Positions 47,436 through 56,565 of a stretch of 64,000 nt of DNA are shown one piece after another. How positions within the stretch are numbered: position 1 is the stretch's first letter; each line of letters starts with the position of its first letter. The position numbers were made by a program, and so were the translations under genes. The stretch lies in the NCBI GenBank assembly GCA_001871495.1, contig MNVG01000044.1:74-64073 (forward strand), in the 5' to 3' direction. Below the pieces are notes generated by a model. It made no database searches. It had not been told where the DNA came from and saw only the letters and a list, made by a program, of their open reading frames with translations. The stretch comes from Candidatus Micrarchaeota archaeon CG1_02_51_15 (lineage in GTDB: Archaea > Micrarchaeota > Micrarchaeia > Norongarragalinales > UBA8480).

Positions 47436-48751
47436 ACCAATCCCTCTTTTAACGCAATTCCCTCAACCGACTTGGCGCCAACAACGGACGCCGCGCTTGC
47501 CTGCGCACGACGGCATACTTCCTCCTTGAAGTCCTGCAACACGTTCATGTAATTAATGAAATTCTCGTAAGGACTCGATTCCTTATAAGGGCTGAAGTGC
47601 TTGTGAACGTCCCCATCCGCCCAAGACTTAGTGCACAAGTAATACAAGTGGTCGGAAGTCTGCAGCCTGCGGTAAACGTCAAGCAACTCCCGTCCGCTCT
47701 CGCCTCCTTCAACAGCGACCGCGCTTTCGACCAACGGCTTCAACGATTCAAGCTCGGCAAAACACGCGCGCTGCAACTTATTGCCCAGCCACGCGCTCAC
47801 ATCGCGCTCCAAATCAGCCCAGCTCAACGCAAACGGCACGTCCACTTCATCAACAGCAGAATAACGCGAAGCGGTTTCACCAACCGACAGGAACTCCAAA
47901 CCCCGCTTCCTGCACTCGCGCGGCAAGTGCTTCAAAAACCCGAAAATCCCACTTCCGGGCCAATGGTGTTCTCCGAACGTCTCGTAATCCATGAACAAAT
48001 TAACAGTATCCCCCTCTGCAGAAGCCAGCCACGACGCGTACTTGTCGGCAGTCAACGGCCACTGCGACCACCACCTTGCGCCAAAACGATAACCCACATC
48101 ATCGCTCAGCCTGTAATTACGGAACAACAGCTTCGGCCCGTTGTTCCTAGCGCGGTAAACGAAATTCGCAGACCTCCAGCCCAACACAGTCTCAAAACCC
48201 TCGGCAAGCACTGCTCCAAAACCCATTGCACGCGCCTCGCGACCCACGTCATTCGAGTAAATCAATTCAGTGTTCCTAAAAACACTCGGCCGTGCTCCGA
48301 ACTCATCACGAAGCATGCGCGAATGCATACGCACCTGCTCCCTGAATTCTCCAGAGTCGGCGTAAAGCACGGCAAGCGAATGCCCCCACGTCTCGCCCAC
48401 GAACTCCACACAACCCGTTTCCGCCAACGCCCGAAAACTATCGAGCACCTCGGGAACAAACAGCCGCGCCTGCTCGACGAATGTGCCAGTAATACTGAAA
48501 CTGGCTTTGAACGCGCCGCCAGTCTCTTCAATCGCATCCAACAACACTTTATTCGCAGGCAAATAACACTGGCGCGCAGCCTTCTCGAAATAATGCTTGT
48601 TGACCTCCTCACTAAAGTAAGCACTACGCAAACAATGCCCCCTCTTGCCAAAAACATTGAACTGCTTCAACCTAAACGGCTGGTGAACGTGAAAATACAA
48701 GCATATGCTAGCCAACAACTTCACCCCCCAACCCTGCAATAGCCTGGCCAT
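47432..48751 (-). CDS. Glycoside hydrolase family 57 enzyme (alpha-amylase / branching enzyme / 4-alpha-glucanotransferase type)
   Basis: N-terminal LYFHVHQPFR signature of GH57, plus FMDYETFGEHHW in the catalytic region. Confidence 0.7.
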   Translation of the reverse strand: MARLLQGWGVKLLASICLYFHVHQPFRLKQFNVFGKRGHCLRSAYFSEEVNKHYFEKAARQCYLPANKVLLDAIEETGGAFKASFSITGTFVEQARLFVPEVLDSFRALAETGCVEFVGETWGHSLAVLYADSGEFREQVRMHSRMLRDEFGARPSVFRNTELIYSNDVGREARAMGFGAVLAEGFETVLGWRSANFVYRARNNGPKLLFRNYRLSDDVGYRFGARWWSQWPLTADKYASWLASAEGDTVNLFMDYETFGEHHWPGSGIFGFLKHLPRECRKRGLEFLSVGETASRYSAVDEVDVPFALSWADLERDVSAWLGNKLQRACFAELESLKPLVESAVAVEGGESGRELLDVYRRLQTSDHLYYLCTKSWADGDVHKHFSPYKESSPYENFINYMNVLQDFKEEVCRRAQASAASVVGAKSVEGIALKEGLV

Positions 48752-50021
48752 AAAACCACTTCACATCACTAGCAGTCTTGTCCCACGACAAACCCCGAGC
48801 CTCCTCGCGCCCTCCCTCTCCCAAAACCTGTTTCAAAACAGCATACTTCAACACGCCCAACACCCTTGACGCAATGCCGTCAACATCCCAAAAATCAACC
48901 GTCAAACAATTCTTCACCACTTCGCTTACCCCTGACGTCTTCGAAACGATTACCGGCGTGCCAGACGCCATTGCCTCCAGCACAGTAATCCCGAAAGGCT
49001 CGCTTACACTCGGCAGGACGTAAACGTCACTCACAGCATACAGTACGGGAATGTCGCAAAAGGGGGTGAAACCCACAAAACGCACTTTGCCTGCAATACC
49101 CAAGTCAACTGCAAGCTCTGTCAAGCGCGGAAGCAAATCCCCGCTTCCACTTACCACAAACCGCGCACGAGGCTCTTTCTCCAGAACCCGCGCAGCAGCC
49201 CGCAAGAAAACCTCAGGCCCCTTCTGCACGCTCAAACGCGCGTTATACAAAACAATCTTGGAATCAGCAGGAAAACCGAAGTCCTCCCGCCTAAAAGCCT
49301 TGTTTGCAAACGGCGCGACATCAATAGCATTATAGAAAACCCTTAACCTCCGTCTGTCCGCACCAAACCGTTCCACCAACTGCTCGGCAGTACGGTTGCT
49401 TACTGCCAAAACCAAGTCGGCTGCCCTAACGCCGCGGCGCTCTATACCCAAAATCCATTCAAACGGCCACAAGTTTCCAGTACGGTCATACTCTGTACTA
49501 TGCACGGTTGCAACCCAAGGAACCCCGCACTCTAAAGCAACTGCTTCGCCCGCACGAAAAGTAATCCAATCATGGCAATGAACCAAATCGTACTTGCGCC
49601 GACAATGGTAAAGCGCAACCAACTTTGCGCACAACGAATTATACTTGTTAACCGCCTCGAAAAAACCAAGGCCGGCAGGCGAAACCATTGCCTCGTCAAC
49701 CCCACTTGGAGACACTACTCCTTTTTCCAGTCGAACCGCCTTCAACTCCTTCCTACAAAAATCACGGTAAGGCCCGAACTCCCGGAACTCGGACTCCCCC
49801 CCAAAAACAGCTGCTGCACCAAACTCGCTAAAAGAAGAAAAATCAACTTGAATTACATTCATCCAAGAAACCGACACTGGCTCGCGCGTGCGCGGCATGA
49901 AAAAATCGATTTCCACCCCCAACTTCGAAAGTTCACGAGTCAAATAAAAACAGTGCGTGGCTAAACCGCCGCTCATAAACGGCGGAAACTCCCAACCAAT
50001 CATAGCCACCCTCAACGCCAT
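48708..50021 (-). CDS. glgA: Glycogen/starch synthase-like GT-B glycosyltransferase
   Basis: Start taken at MALRVAMIGWEFPPFMSGGLATH, a typical GlgA N-terminus. C-terminal VLPSVSEPFGITVLEAMASGTPVI. Confidence 0.65.
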   Translation of the reverse strand: MALRVAMIGWEFPPFMSGGLATHCFYLTRELSKLGVEIDFFMPRTREPVSVSWMNVIQVDFSSFSEFGAAAVFGGESEFREFGPYRDFCRKELKAVRLEKGVVSPSGVDEAMVSPAGLGFFEAVNKYNSLCAKLVALYHCRRKYDLVHCHDWITFRAGEAVALECGVPWVATVHSTEYDRTGNLWPFEWILGIERRGVRAADLVLAVSNRTAEQLVERFGADRRRLRVFYNAIDVAPFANKAFRREDFGFPADSKIVLYNARLSVQKGPEVFLRAAARVLEKEPRARFVVSGSGDLLPRLTELAVDLGIAGKVRFVGFTPFCDIPVLYAVSDVYVLPSVSEPFGITVLEAMASGTPVIVSKTSGVSEVVKNCLTVDFWDVDGIASRVLGVLKYAVLKQVLGEGGREEARGLSWDKTASDVKWFYGQAIAGLGGEVVG

Positions 50022-50201
50022 TCCCACCCTGAATAAAACGAACGAAAACCTAAACCAGAACCCCCATAAAAACCTTTGCCCCAACCAAAACAGAGTGCAC
50101 AAAAACCCCCGTTAGCGAAAATAACGCCTGAAATCGCCCTCTTTTGGAAAAAAAGACATTTTACTAGCCAGAAACGCGTTTAGAGGCAAATTTTCATGCA
50201 A

Positions 50202-51224
50202 TTACTGTTCGGAACCCAACAGCATTATTTGGGCTAGGAGGGCTTCGAGTTGGATGCGGTCGTCGGCTCCTTCGACCATGCGGAAGTCGTATTCGCCCAC
50301 GCGGTCTACCAGCAGGACTTTCTTCTTATCGGGAATGTCCAAACACGTAATCTCACGGAACATTTGCTTGATGACGTCTTCGCCGGACATGCCGTACCTT
50401 ACCAGCAGGTCGTCCAAAAGCTTTCGCGCTTCCCAAAACCTTCCGCCGTAAGCAAACTCTATCATCTTGCCTACTTCGGCAGGCCGCGCGCGCGAACTTA
50501 TCTTGAAAACATCTTCTTCGGAAATCCTGCCTCCCGAAACGCTTGCGCCTTGAAGGCAGTTTATGGCCTTGCGCGCATCGCCTTCGGCAACGTAAACCAC
50601 GGCGTCTTCAGCCGCCTTTTCGAGCTTGAGGCCCTCTCCTTTTGCAACCAATGCAACGACGCGGCGGACGTCTTCTTCAGACAACGAACTGAAACGGAAC
50701 ACGGCACACCTGCTCTGAATAGGCTCGATCAACCGGCTGGAGTAATTGCATGAGAGAATGAAGCGAGTGTTTGCGCTGAAGCGCTCCATGGTGCGGCGCA
50801 ATGCCTGTTGCGCGTCTTGCGTCATTGCATCTGCCTCGTCGAGGAAAATAATCTTGAACGGAACGTCGGTTAAAGGAAGGGTGCGCGCAAAATCCTTTAC
50901 CTTGCCCCTTACCACGTCGATCCCGCGGTCGTCGCTGGCATTCAACTCCAAGAAAGACTGCCTGAACTCGTCGCCGTACAACTCGCGCGCCAACGCAAGC
51001 GACGACGTAGTCTTTCCTGTGCCCGCAGGCCCGCTGAAAATCATGTGCGGAACGTTCTTGCTCTTAACGTACGCTTCAAGCCGGTTGGAAATCGCTGCAT
51101 GGCCTATAACGTCTGCGAGCTTTAACGGACGGTACTTTTCAACCCAAGGCACGAAATCCGAAGCACTGTTCTCGGACGCCGACGCACCTGCTTCGTTTCC
51201 CCCCGAATGCGAATGTAAACTCAT
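50202..51224 (-). CDS. rfcS: Replication factor C small subunit (clamp loader)
   Basis: WVEKYRP, Walker A SGPAGTGKTT, DEAD-like IIFLDEADAM, SRC motif (SRCAVFRF), 340 aa. Confidence 0.9.
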   Translation of the reverse strand: MSLHSHSGGNEAGASASENSASDFVPWVEKYRPLKLADVIGHAAISNRLEAYVKSKNVPHMIFSGPAGTGKTTSSLALARELYGDEFRQSFLELNASDDRGIDVVRGKVKDFARTLPLTDVPFKIIFLDEADAMTQDAQQALRRTMERFSANTRFILSCNYSSRLIEPIQSRCAVFRFSSLSEEDVRRVVALVAKGEGLKLEKAAEDAVVYVAEGDARKAINCLQGASVSGGRISEEDVFKISSRARPAEVGKMIEFAYGGRFWEARKLLDDLLVRYGMSGEDVIKQMFREITCLDIPDKKKVLLVDRVGEYDFRMVEGADDRIQLEALLAQIMLLGSEQ

Positions 51225-51319
51225 GAAACCAACCCCTGAAATATTCTAAGATAATTAAACAAAGCACGAAAGAAAATAAAAGACGGCGCCCCCCCATTAG
51301 TTGAAAGAACTGACCCCTA

Positions 51320-51880
51320 CTACTTACTAACAGCACGATTAACTACTTCAAGCAATCTAGGATCACGTCGGCCCGGCATCTGGCGCGCCAGCAATCTAAG
51401 CAACTTACTCAAAACAGGCCGCTGCCCCCCTTTTACGCCGTGCGCGGCAACCAACGCGTTAACCGCGTCCCTGCGATCATCCTCATCACTTCCCCGCAAG
51501 GCAACCCTGGCCAACGCAGCCGCAGCCGGCTTCCACACCCTTTCATCCTCGTCCGAAAGCGCGAACTTCAATCCCTGAGAGTGCTGCAAATCACGCAACG
51601 ACTTCACTGCCGCAACCCTCAGGCCAATAGTGCCCCGAAACAACTGCGCCTGCACGAAGCTATCCAACGAACGGACCCTTGCCTTGCCTAATACTCTCAC
51701 GAAGTGAATCAAACGCTCCGAATTGCCTTCTTCTTGCAATTCCGAAGCATGGCCCCTCAATGCCTTAATCAGCGGAGCAACACTGCCTTTTTTTGGCACG
51801 CGCTCCCGCACCCTCTGGGCCGCCTCTTGAACGCCAACCGAATGCAATTCGTTGAAAAACTCTCTAGTAAGCCTTGCCAC
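51320..51880 (-). CDS. HEAT/PBS-lyase-like repeat protein (hypothetical)
   Basis: Repeated ~30-aa helical units with conserved Arg/Val/Ala spacing. No catalytic motif. Confidence 0.4.
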   Translation of the reverse strand: MARLTREFFNELHSVGVQEAAQRVRERVPKKGSVAPLIKALRGHASELQEEGNSERLIHFVRVLGKARVRSLDSFVQAQLFRGTIGLRVAAVKSLRDLQHSQGLKFALSDEDERVWKPAAAALARVALRGSDEDDRRDAVNALVAAHGVKGGQRPVLSKLLRLLARQMPGRRDPRLLEVVNRAVSK

Positions 51881-51972
51881 TATAAGACACCGACAAAAGT
51901 GAATACCGTCCGGATTTTAAACACAACCTCGCCACGCCTGATTTAATACCTGTATTATTCACAACAAATTCA

Positions 51973-53226
51973 ATGAAAGCATTCATTGAAACCTACGGGT
52001 GTGCATTCAACCGCGTGGACTCGGATTCAATAGTGCAAGCGTTGCAGCGCGAGGGAACCGAAATCACAACCAGCCAATCTGACGCAGAGGTTATAATCAT
52101 CAACTCGTGCGGAGTCAAAAACGCCACTGAGAGCCGCATCCTCCACCGCCTAAGGCAGCTTGCCAAAAAACGCGTTCCCACAGTCGTAACCGGGTGTCTT
52201 GCGCAGGCAACGCCGGAACGCATTTCCAAAGCAAACCCCGTAGCTTGCATCGTCGGAACCTATTCGCAAACAGCGCTCGCAAAAGCAGTGCGTGCGGCGT
52301 TTAAAGGCAAGCAATTCCGTTCGCTTGCTATTGAAGGTTTCCTTCCTCGAGTACCGGCAGTTCACGGGGTTACTGCGACAATCCAGATTGCGCGCGGCTG
52401 CCTTGGCAGCTGCTCATTCTGCCAAACGAGGTTGGCGCGCGGAAGGCTGGAGAGTATTCCCCCCAAGCAAGTGGTTCAACAGTGTGAAACCGCACTAGCA
52501 AAAGGCGCGAAGGAAATCCACTTGACTGCACAGGACACGGCCGGTTATGGATTAGATTGCAATACAACACTTGCAGAACTATTGAACGCAATGACTGCCT
52601 TGCCCGTAAAATTCAGGGTCCGCGTGGGAATGGCAAATCCCGAGCATATTCTTCGAATACTCCCGGAGTTGCTTGATGCATTCGACAACCCGAAGATCTA
52701 CAAGTTCGTGCACGCACCTTTGCAAAGCGGAAGTAACATCGTGTTAAAGGCAATGAACCGCAACCACAGCGCAGAAGATTTCCTGCAAGTTGCAAGCGCA
52801 TTCCACAACCGCTTCAAAGAGTGCACTATTGTAACCGACGCGATAACCGGTTTTCCAACAGAGACTGAAGACGACTTTAATCAAACGCTTAAAGTAATCA
52901 AGAAAGCCGCGCCGGACGTGGTAAATGTTTCGCGTTACTCGCCGCGGCCCAACACCGCTGCAGCCGCATTGAAACTCCTTCCTGATGAAGTCGTTTCCGA
53001 ACGCACGCGGCGTTGCGCCGCATTATGCAACAAAATGAGTTTACGCAATCGCAAGAAAAAAATTACGCGGCAAACCGCGTTGGTAACCCAACGCATTAAC
53101 GGCAACTGGATAGCCCACCTTGAAAACTATTACCCTATTCCGCTAAAGAAAGCCACATTAGGCGAGTTTGTGAAAATATGTCCGGCCACAGCTGCCGACG
53201 CACTTGAAGGAAGTGAATTTGCTTGA
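51973..53226 (+). CDS. mtaB: MiaB-family radical SAM methylthiotransferase (archaeal e-MtaB/CDKAL1-like), tRNA t6A37 methylthiolation
   Basis: N-terminal UPF0004 Cys triad (TYGCAFN...NSCGV...TGCLAQ), radical SAM CLGSCSFC, and a C-terminal TRAM-like region. Confidence 0.8.
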   Translation: MKAFIETYGCAFNRVDSDSIVQALQREGTEITTSQSDAEVIIINSCGVKNATESRILHRLRQLAKKRVPTVVTGCLAQATPERISKANPVACIVGTYSQTALAKAVRAAFKGKQFRSLAIEGFLPRVPAVHGVTATIQIARGCLGSCSFCQTRLARGRLESIPPKQVVQQCETALAKGAKEIHLTAQDTAGYGLDCNTTLAELLNAMTALPVKFRVRVGMANPEHILRILPELLDAFDNPKIYKFVHAPLQSGSNIVLKAMNRNHSAEDFLQVASAFHNRFKECTIVTDAITGFPTETEDDFNQTLKVIKKAAPDVVNVSRYSPRPNTAAAALKLLPDEVVSERTRRCAALCNKMSLRNRKKKITRQTALVTQRINGNWIAHLENYYPIPLKKATLGEFVKICPATAADALEGSEFA

Positions 53227-53933
53227 AGGTATGCAAAACCATTGCGAAGAAAGTCCTAGTCAAATCCAAGCTGACCGACTACTGCATAAACCCTTACACC
53301 AACTGCAGCCATGCCTGCACTTATTGCTACGTTCCGAAAATGCCTTGGAATCGCGGAAAAAAATGGGGCGAAGAAGTGCTTGTTAAAACTAATGCTGCAG
53401 AAGTTCTCGAAAAAGAGCTCCTGAAGTCAAAACGAGGCACAGTATTGCTGAGTTCGGCAACAGACGCCTGGCAACCCATTGAAGAAAATTACGGGATTAC
53501 CCGCGCCTGCTTGGAAGTCCTAGCCAATACGGACTGGCCAATAAGCGCACTAACCAAGTCGCCGCTGGTCTGCAGGGACATCGATGTCTTTAAGAAGTTC
53601 TCCAATGCCACTATCGGCCTTACAATATCGACGGACGACGATTCGATTGCAAAAACCTTCGAACCCCATGCGCCGCCAATATCAACGCGCATCAAGGCGC
53701 TTGGAACGCTGCACGACGCAGGCCTGCGCACTTACGCATTCGTAGGCCCCTTCCTGCATTCAAATCCGGAAAAACTCGCGGCAGCATTGGAAGGCAAGGT
53801 CGACTTCATATTCCTCGACTGCCTACACTATGCCCCGCGAGGAAAGGGCGCAACGCCCGAAGCTGCGCGCGAGTTAACAAAACTATTGGCCGAAAAAGGC
53901 ACTCCCGCCCTGAATTTGGGTTTCAATATATAA
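53223..53933 (+). CDS. Radical SAM protein of the SplB / DNA repair photolyase-like family (COG1533)
   Basis: CSHACTYCYV (CX3CX2C) near the N-terminus, ~236 aa. Its start overlaps the mtaB stop by 4 nt. Confidence 0.65.
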   Translation: MKVCKTIAKKVLVKSKLTDYCINPYTNCSHACTYCYVPKMPWNRGKKWGEEVLVKTNAAEVLEKELLKSKRGTVLLSSATDAWQPIEENYGITRACLEVLANTDWPISALTKSPLVCRDIDVFKKFSNATIGLTISTDDDSIAKTFEPHAPPISTRIKALGTLHDAGLRTYAFVGPFLHSNPEKLAAALEGKVDFIFLDCLHYAPRGKGATPEAARELTKLLAEKGTPALNLGFNI

Positions 53934-54092
53934 ACCTTTCGTTGTTCGAAAATTAACATTTATAAATCTTCCTCAAACGGTTATTTATTAGGCAGCGCAG
54001 TAAGCAATCAGAGTTTCAGATTTTTTCGGAATTTTTTCCGCGACCCACTTAATGCACAGGCAAAAACGCCGACTATTAGGCAGGCGACTGCA

Positions 54093-54344
54093 GTGCTAAA
54101 GCCATCAAATGCAGATGTGAACCCCTTGAAGGTATTGGTTAAGGAATTCGATAATTCGCTCGGAGAAGCTACGGTCCAAAGCGGTTTGAACCTGCTTATG
54201 CACGAAATGAAGCAAAAGAACTTCGTAGTGCTCGACGTGGATTTGAAGCGCGAAAAGAAGAAGTACACTTGCATAATTAAGTACGAAAGCCTGATGAACA
54301 TGCCTTTTGCAGGGGCGTTTACACCCGCTGCATTCCCACAATAA
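54093..54344 (+). CDS. Small conserved hypothetical protein (paralog A of a tandem pair)
   Basis: Shares KVLVKEFD..GEA.VQS.LN.L..EM.Q.NFVVLDVDLK....KYTC.IKYESL with the next gene. The start may be the internal GTG at 54117. Confidence 0.45.
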   Translation: MLKPSNADVNPLKVLVKEFDNSLGEATVQSGLNLLMHEMKQKNFVVLDVDLKREKKKYTCIIKYESLMNMPFAGAFTPAAFPQ

Positions 54345-54460
54345 AGAATATAAAAAGGTTTGCCGGGTCGTTAGACTTGCATATTTATAGCTTGGCTTAG
54401 TTGGAGGGTTTTTGCCCCTACATCCCGCAGAAGAAGACGTAAACAGGACTAGCGCAAGCT

Positions 54461-54700
54461 ATGTCGATACAGGAGTTGGTTGAAGTGAAGGTATTGGTTA
54501 AGGAATTCGACGGAAAAATCGGCGAAGCGGCAGTGCAAAGCTCGCTTAACGCGTTGGTTGAAGAAATGCAGCAGCGGAATTTTGTGGTGCTTGACGTGGA
54601 TTTGAAGCACGCGCGGCGCAAGTACACCTGCGTGATAAAGTACGAAAGCCTGCTTAACCTCGCAGGTTGCGTTACGCCCATTCCAGCTGCATTCACGTAA
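54461..54700 (+). CDS. Small conserved hypothetical protein (paralog B of a tandem pair)
   Basis: 79 aa, roughly 60% identical to paralog A. The DNA is identical over several 15-23-nt stretches. Confidence 0.45.
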   Translation: MSIQELVEVKVLVKEFDGKIGEAAVQSSLNALVEEMQQRNFVVLDVDLKHARRKYTCVIKYESLLNLAGCVTPIPAAFT

Positions 54701-55028
54701 TTTTAGTCCCTTCAGGAACTTCTTTTTCAGGAGAAAGCACTGCGACTACAGAACCGTCTTCCGAACCCGCTGCAAGAAGCATTCCTTGCGAGTCCACGCC
54801 GCGCACGCGCCGCGGCTGCAGGTTGGCTACTACGATTATCTGCTTTCCAACCAGTTCTTCTGCAGAGTAATACTCGGCTATGCCCGCAGCCAGAGTCCGC
54901 TGTTCGCCGCCTAGGTCGACTGATAGCTTGTAGAGCTTGTTTGAGCCTTCAACGCGTTCTGCGGAGACTATACGTGCAACGCGCAAGTCGAGTTTGGCAA
55001 AGTCTTCGTAAGCTACCGTTTCAGTCAT
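54693..55028 (-). CDS. tRNA-binding domain protein (CsaA/Trbp111-like, EMAP-type OB fold)
   Basis: Start at MTETVAY. DLRVARIVSAERVEGSNKLYKLSVDLGGEQRTLAAGI...VANLQPRRVRGVDSQGMLLAA matches the tRNA-binding OB domain. Confidence 0.7.
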   Translation of the reverse strand: MTETVAYEDFAKLDLRVARIVSAERVEGSNKLYKLSVDLGGEQRTLAAGIAEYYSAEELVGKQIIVVANLQPRRVRGVDSQGMLLAAGSEDGSVVAVLSPEKEVPEGTKIT

Positions 55029-55098
55029 GTTAATCAATTCTCCCCGAGAATGAGTTTGTCGCCCGCCATATATAAAAAACAATTTGTCTTAAATTGAT

Positions 55099-56271
55099 TT
55101 GATGAAACCAGATTACGTGGTGCTGGCAGCCGGTCACGGAAAGAGGCTTTGGCCGCTTAGCGAAACCACTTGCAAGCCCATGGCACGCATACTAAGCAAG
55201 CCCGTGCTGGAGTGGACTGTTGAAAACGCATTGCCCAATGCTAACAAGATAATTCTGGTAGTAGGTCAGCTGAAAGAACAGGTGACCGACTACTTTTCAA
55301 GCAAGCCTTACGCAGACCGGGTTGTTTTTGTAGAACAACCGCGGCAGATGGGCACCGGCCACGCTTTGTTGCAGGCCGAGCCCGTTGTAGAAAGCGGTTC
55401 GTTAGTGATGATAAACGGCGACAATTTCTTCCACCCCTCTGTTTTCAAGTTATTGGCCGAAGAGTGCATAAAGAAAGAGTGGTTTGCAGTAACACGCAAC
55501 GTGGCAGACCGCAGCCCATACGGCGCGTATTACCTAAGCAAGGGATTTATTGAAAGAGTGGTTGAAAAGCCTACAGACGGCACGCCGGGGCCCATTAACA
55601 TCAACTTGTTTCATGCACCGAAAAGTTTTTTCAAACTTCTTGAAAAAATAAAGCCTTCGCCGCGAGGCGAGATTGAAGTCACTGACGCGTTGCAATACTT
55701 TTTTTCAGAAAACCGCGTGCGCGCAATAGACTTCAAAGGATATTGGAACGACATTGGAACTTATTGGAATTACTTGGACGCAAACACATTTGCCTGCAGC
55801 GAACTAATGCAGCCTAAAATTGCAGGCACGATTGAAGAGGGGGCGCAGATAGGCGGCAAACTGTGGCTTGGAAAAGGAAGCATAGTCAAAGCCGGCGCAC
55901 TCATTCAAGGCAATTGCTTTGTCGGCGAGAACTGCATAATAGGCCGTGGCGCCGAATTAAGGGGCGACAACGTAGTGGAAAACAATTGCACAGTCGGCGC
56001 GGCGCAACTGAAGTCGTGCGTGATGCTTGAAGGAAGCAAGACCGAAGACGGCGCGGTTGCAACCTATTCAGTACTGTGCGAGGATTCGAAGATAGGTCGC
56101 AACGCGAGGTTGTCCTGCCGCAGCAAGGACGGACAGACGGTCAAAGTAAACGTGAACGGCAAGCACTTAGACTCACGCAGGAGCGAGTTGGGCAGCGTAA
56201 TAGGCAGGGGAATTCACTTAGGCGAAAACACACTGGTCGCGCCAGGCGCGATAATAAACTCGATAGAATGA
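55099..56271 (+). CDS. Bifunctional sugar-1-phosphate nucleotidylyltransferase with a C-terminal left-handed beta-helix (GlmU-like)
   Basis: N-terminal LAAGHGKRLWPLSETTCKPM (GxGxR...KP) and C-terminal hexapeptide repeats (..IGENCIIGRGAELRGDNVVENNCTVG..). Confidence 0.75.
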   Translation: MMKPDYVVLAAGHGKRLWPLSETTCKPMARILSKPVLEWTVENALPNANKIILVVGQLKEQVTDYFSSKPYADRVVFVEQPRQMGTGHALLQAEPVVESGSLVMINGDNFFHPSVFKLLAEECIKKEWFAVTRNVADRSPYGAYYLSKGFIERVVEKPTDGTPGPININLFHAPKSFFKLLEKIKPSPRGEIEVTDALQYFFSENRVRAIDFKGYWNDIGTYWNYLDANTFACSELMQPKIAGTIEEGAQIGGKLWLGKGSIVKAGALIQGNCFVGENCIIGRGAELRGDNVVENNCTVGAAQLKSCVMLEGSKTEDGAVATYSVLCEDSKIGRNARLSCRSKDGQTVKVNVNGKHLDSRRSELGSVIGRGIHLGENTLVAPGAIINSIE

Positions 56272-56309
56272 CGCAACGAGAAACGAAGAAACGAGAGAGA
56301 GAGACTCTG

Positions 56310-56510
56310 ATGCCACTTAAGAGAATGAAGGAATCTACCGATTTGCATGACTACGAAATGAAGACATGCATGCCGGTTACTGCAGTACTCGATTTGTTTA
56401 AGACCGACATTCACGCGCAGGCCCTTTATTCCTTGTTTCGGATAGCGCATGACTTCCATCGGAAATACGATTACCTGGCTAAAAACGCAGAATCACTTGT
56501 TCACACCTAA
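56310..56510 (+). CDS. Small hypothetical ORF (67 aa) in the convergent gap before thrS
   Basis: The ATG is preceded by a GAGAGAGAGA run, and the helical-looking peptide is MPLKRMKESTDLHDYEMKTCMPVTAVLDLF.. It could be non-coding. Confidence 0.2.
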   Translation: MPLKRMKESTDLHDYEMKTCMPVTAVLDLFKTDIHAQALYSLFRIAHDFHRKYDYLAKNAESLVHT

Positions 56511-56565
56511 CTAAAGGGGGCACCAAGCTTTACCTCTGGAGTTGCTCTTTTAAGCGCGACTTGTT

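Noticed and set aside
47597-48742. 381-aa plus-strand ORF
   Set aside because: It is antisense to the GH57 gene, whose GH57 signature is clear on the minus strand. The antisense translation is Arg/Pro/Gln-rich and low-complexity.
53959-53967. TTTATAAAT TATA-box-like element
   Set aside because: It lies 125-150 nt upstream of the next start codon and directly after the preceding gene's stop. It may be a promoter with a long leader, but the evidence is too weak to call.
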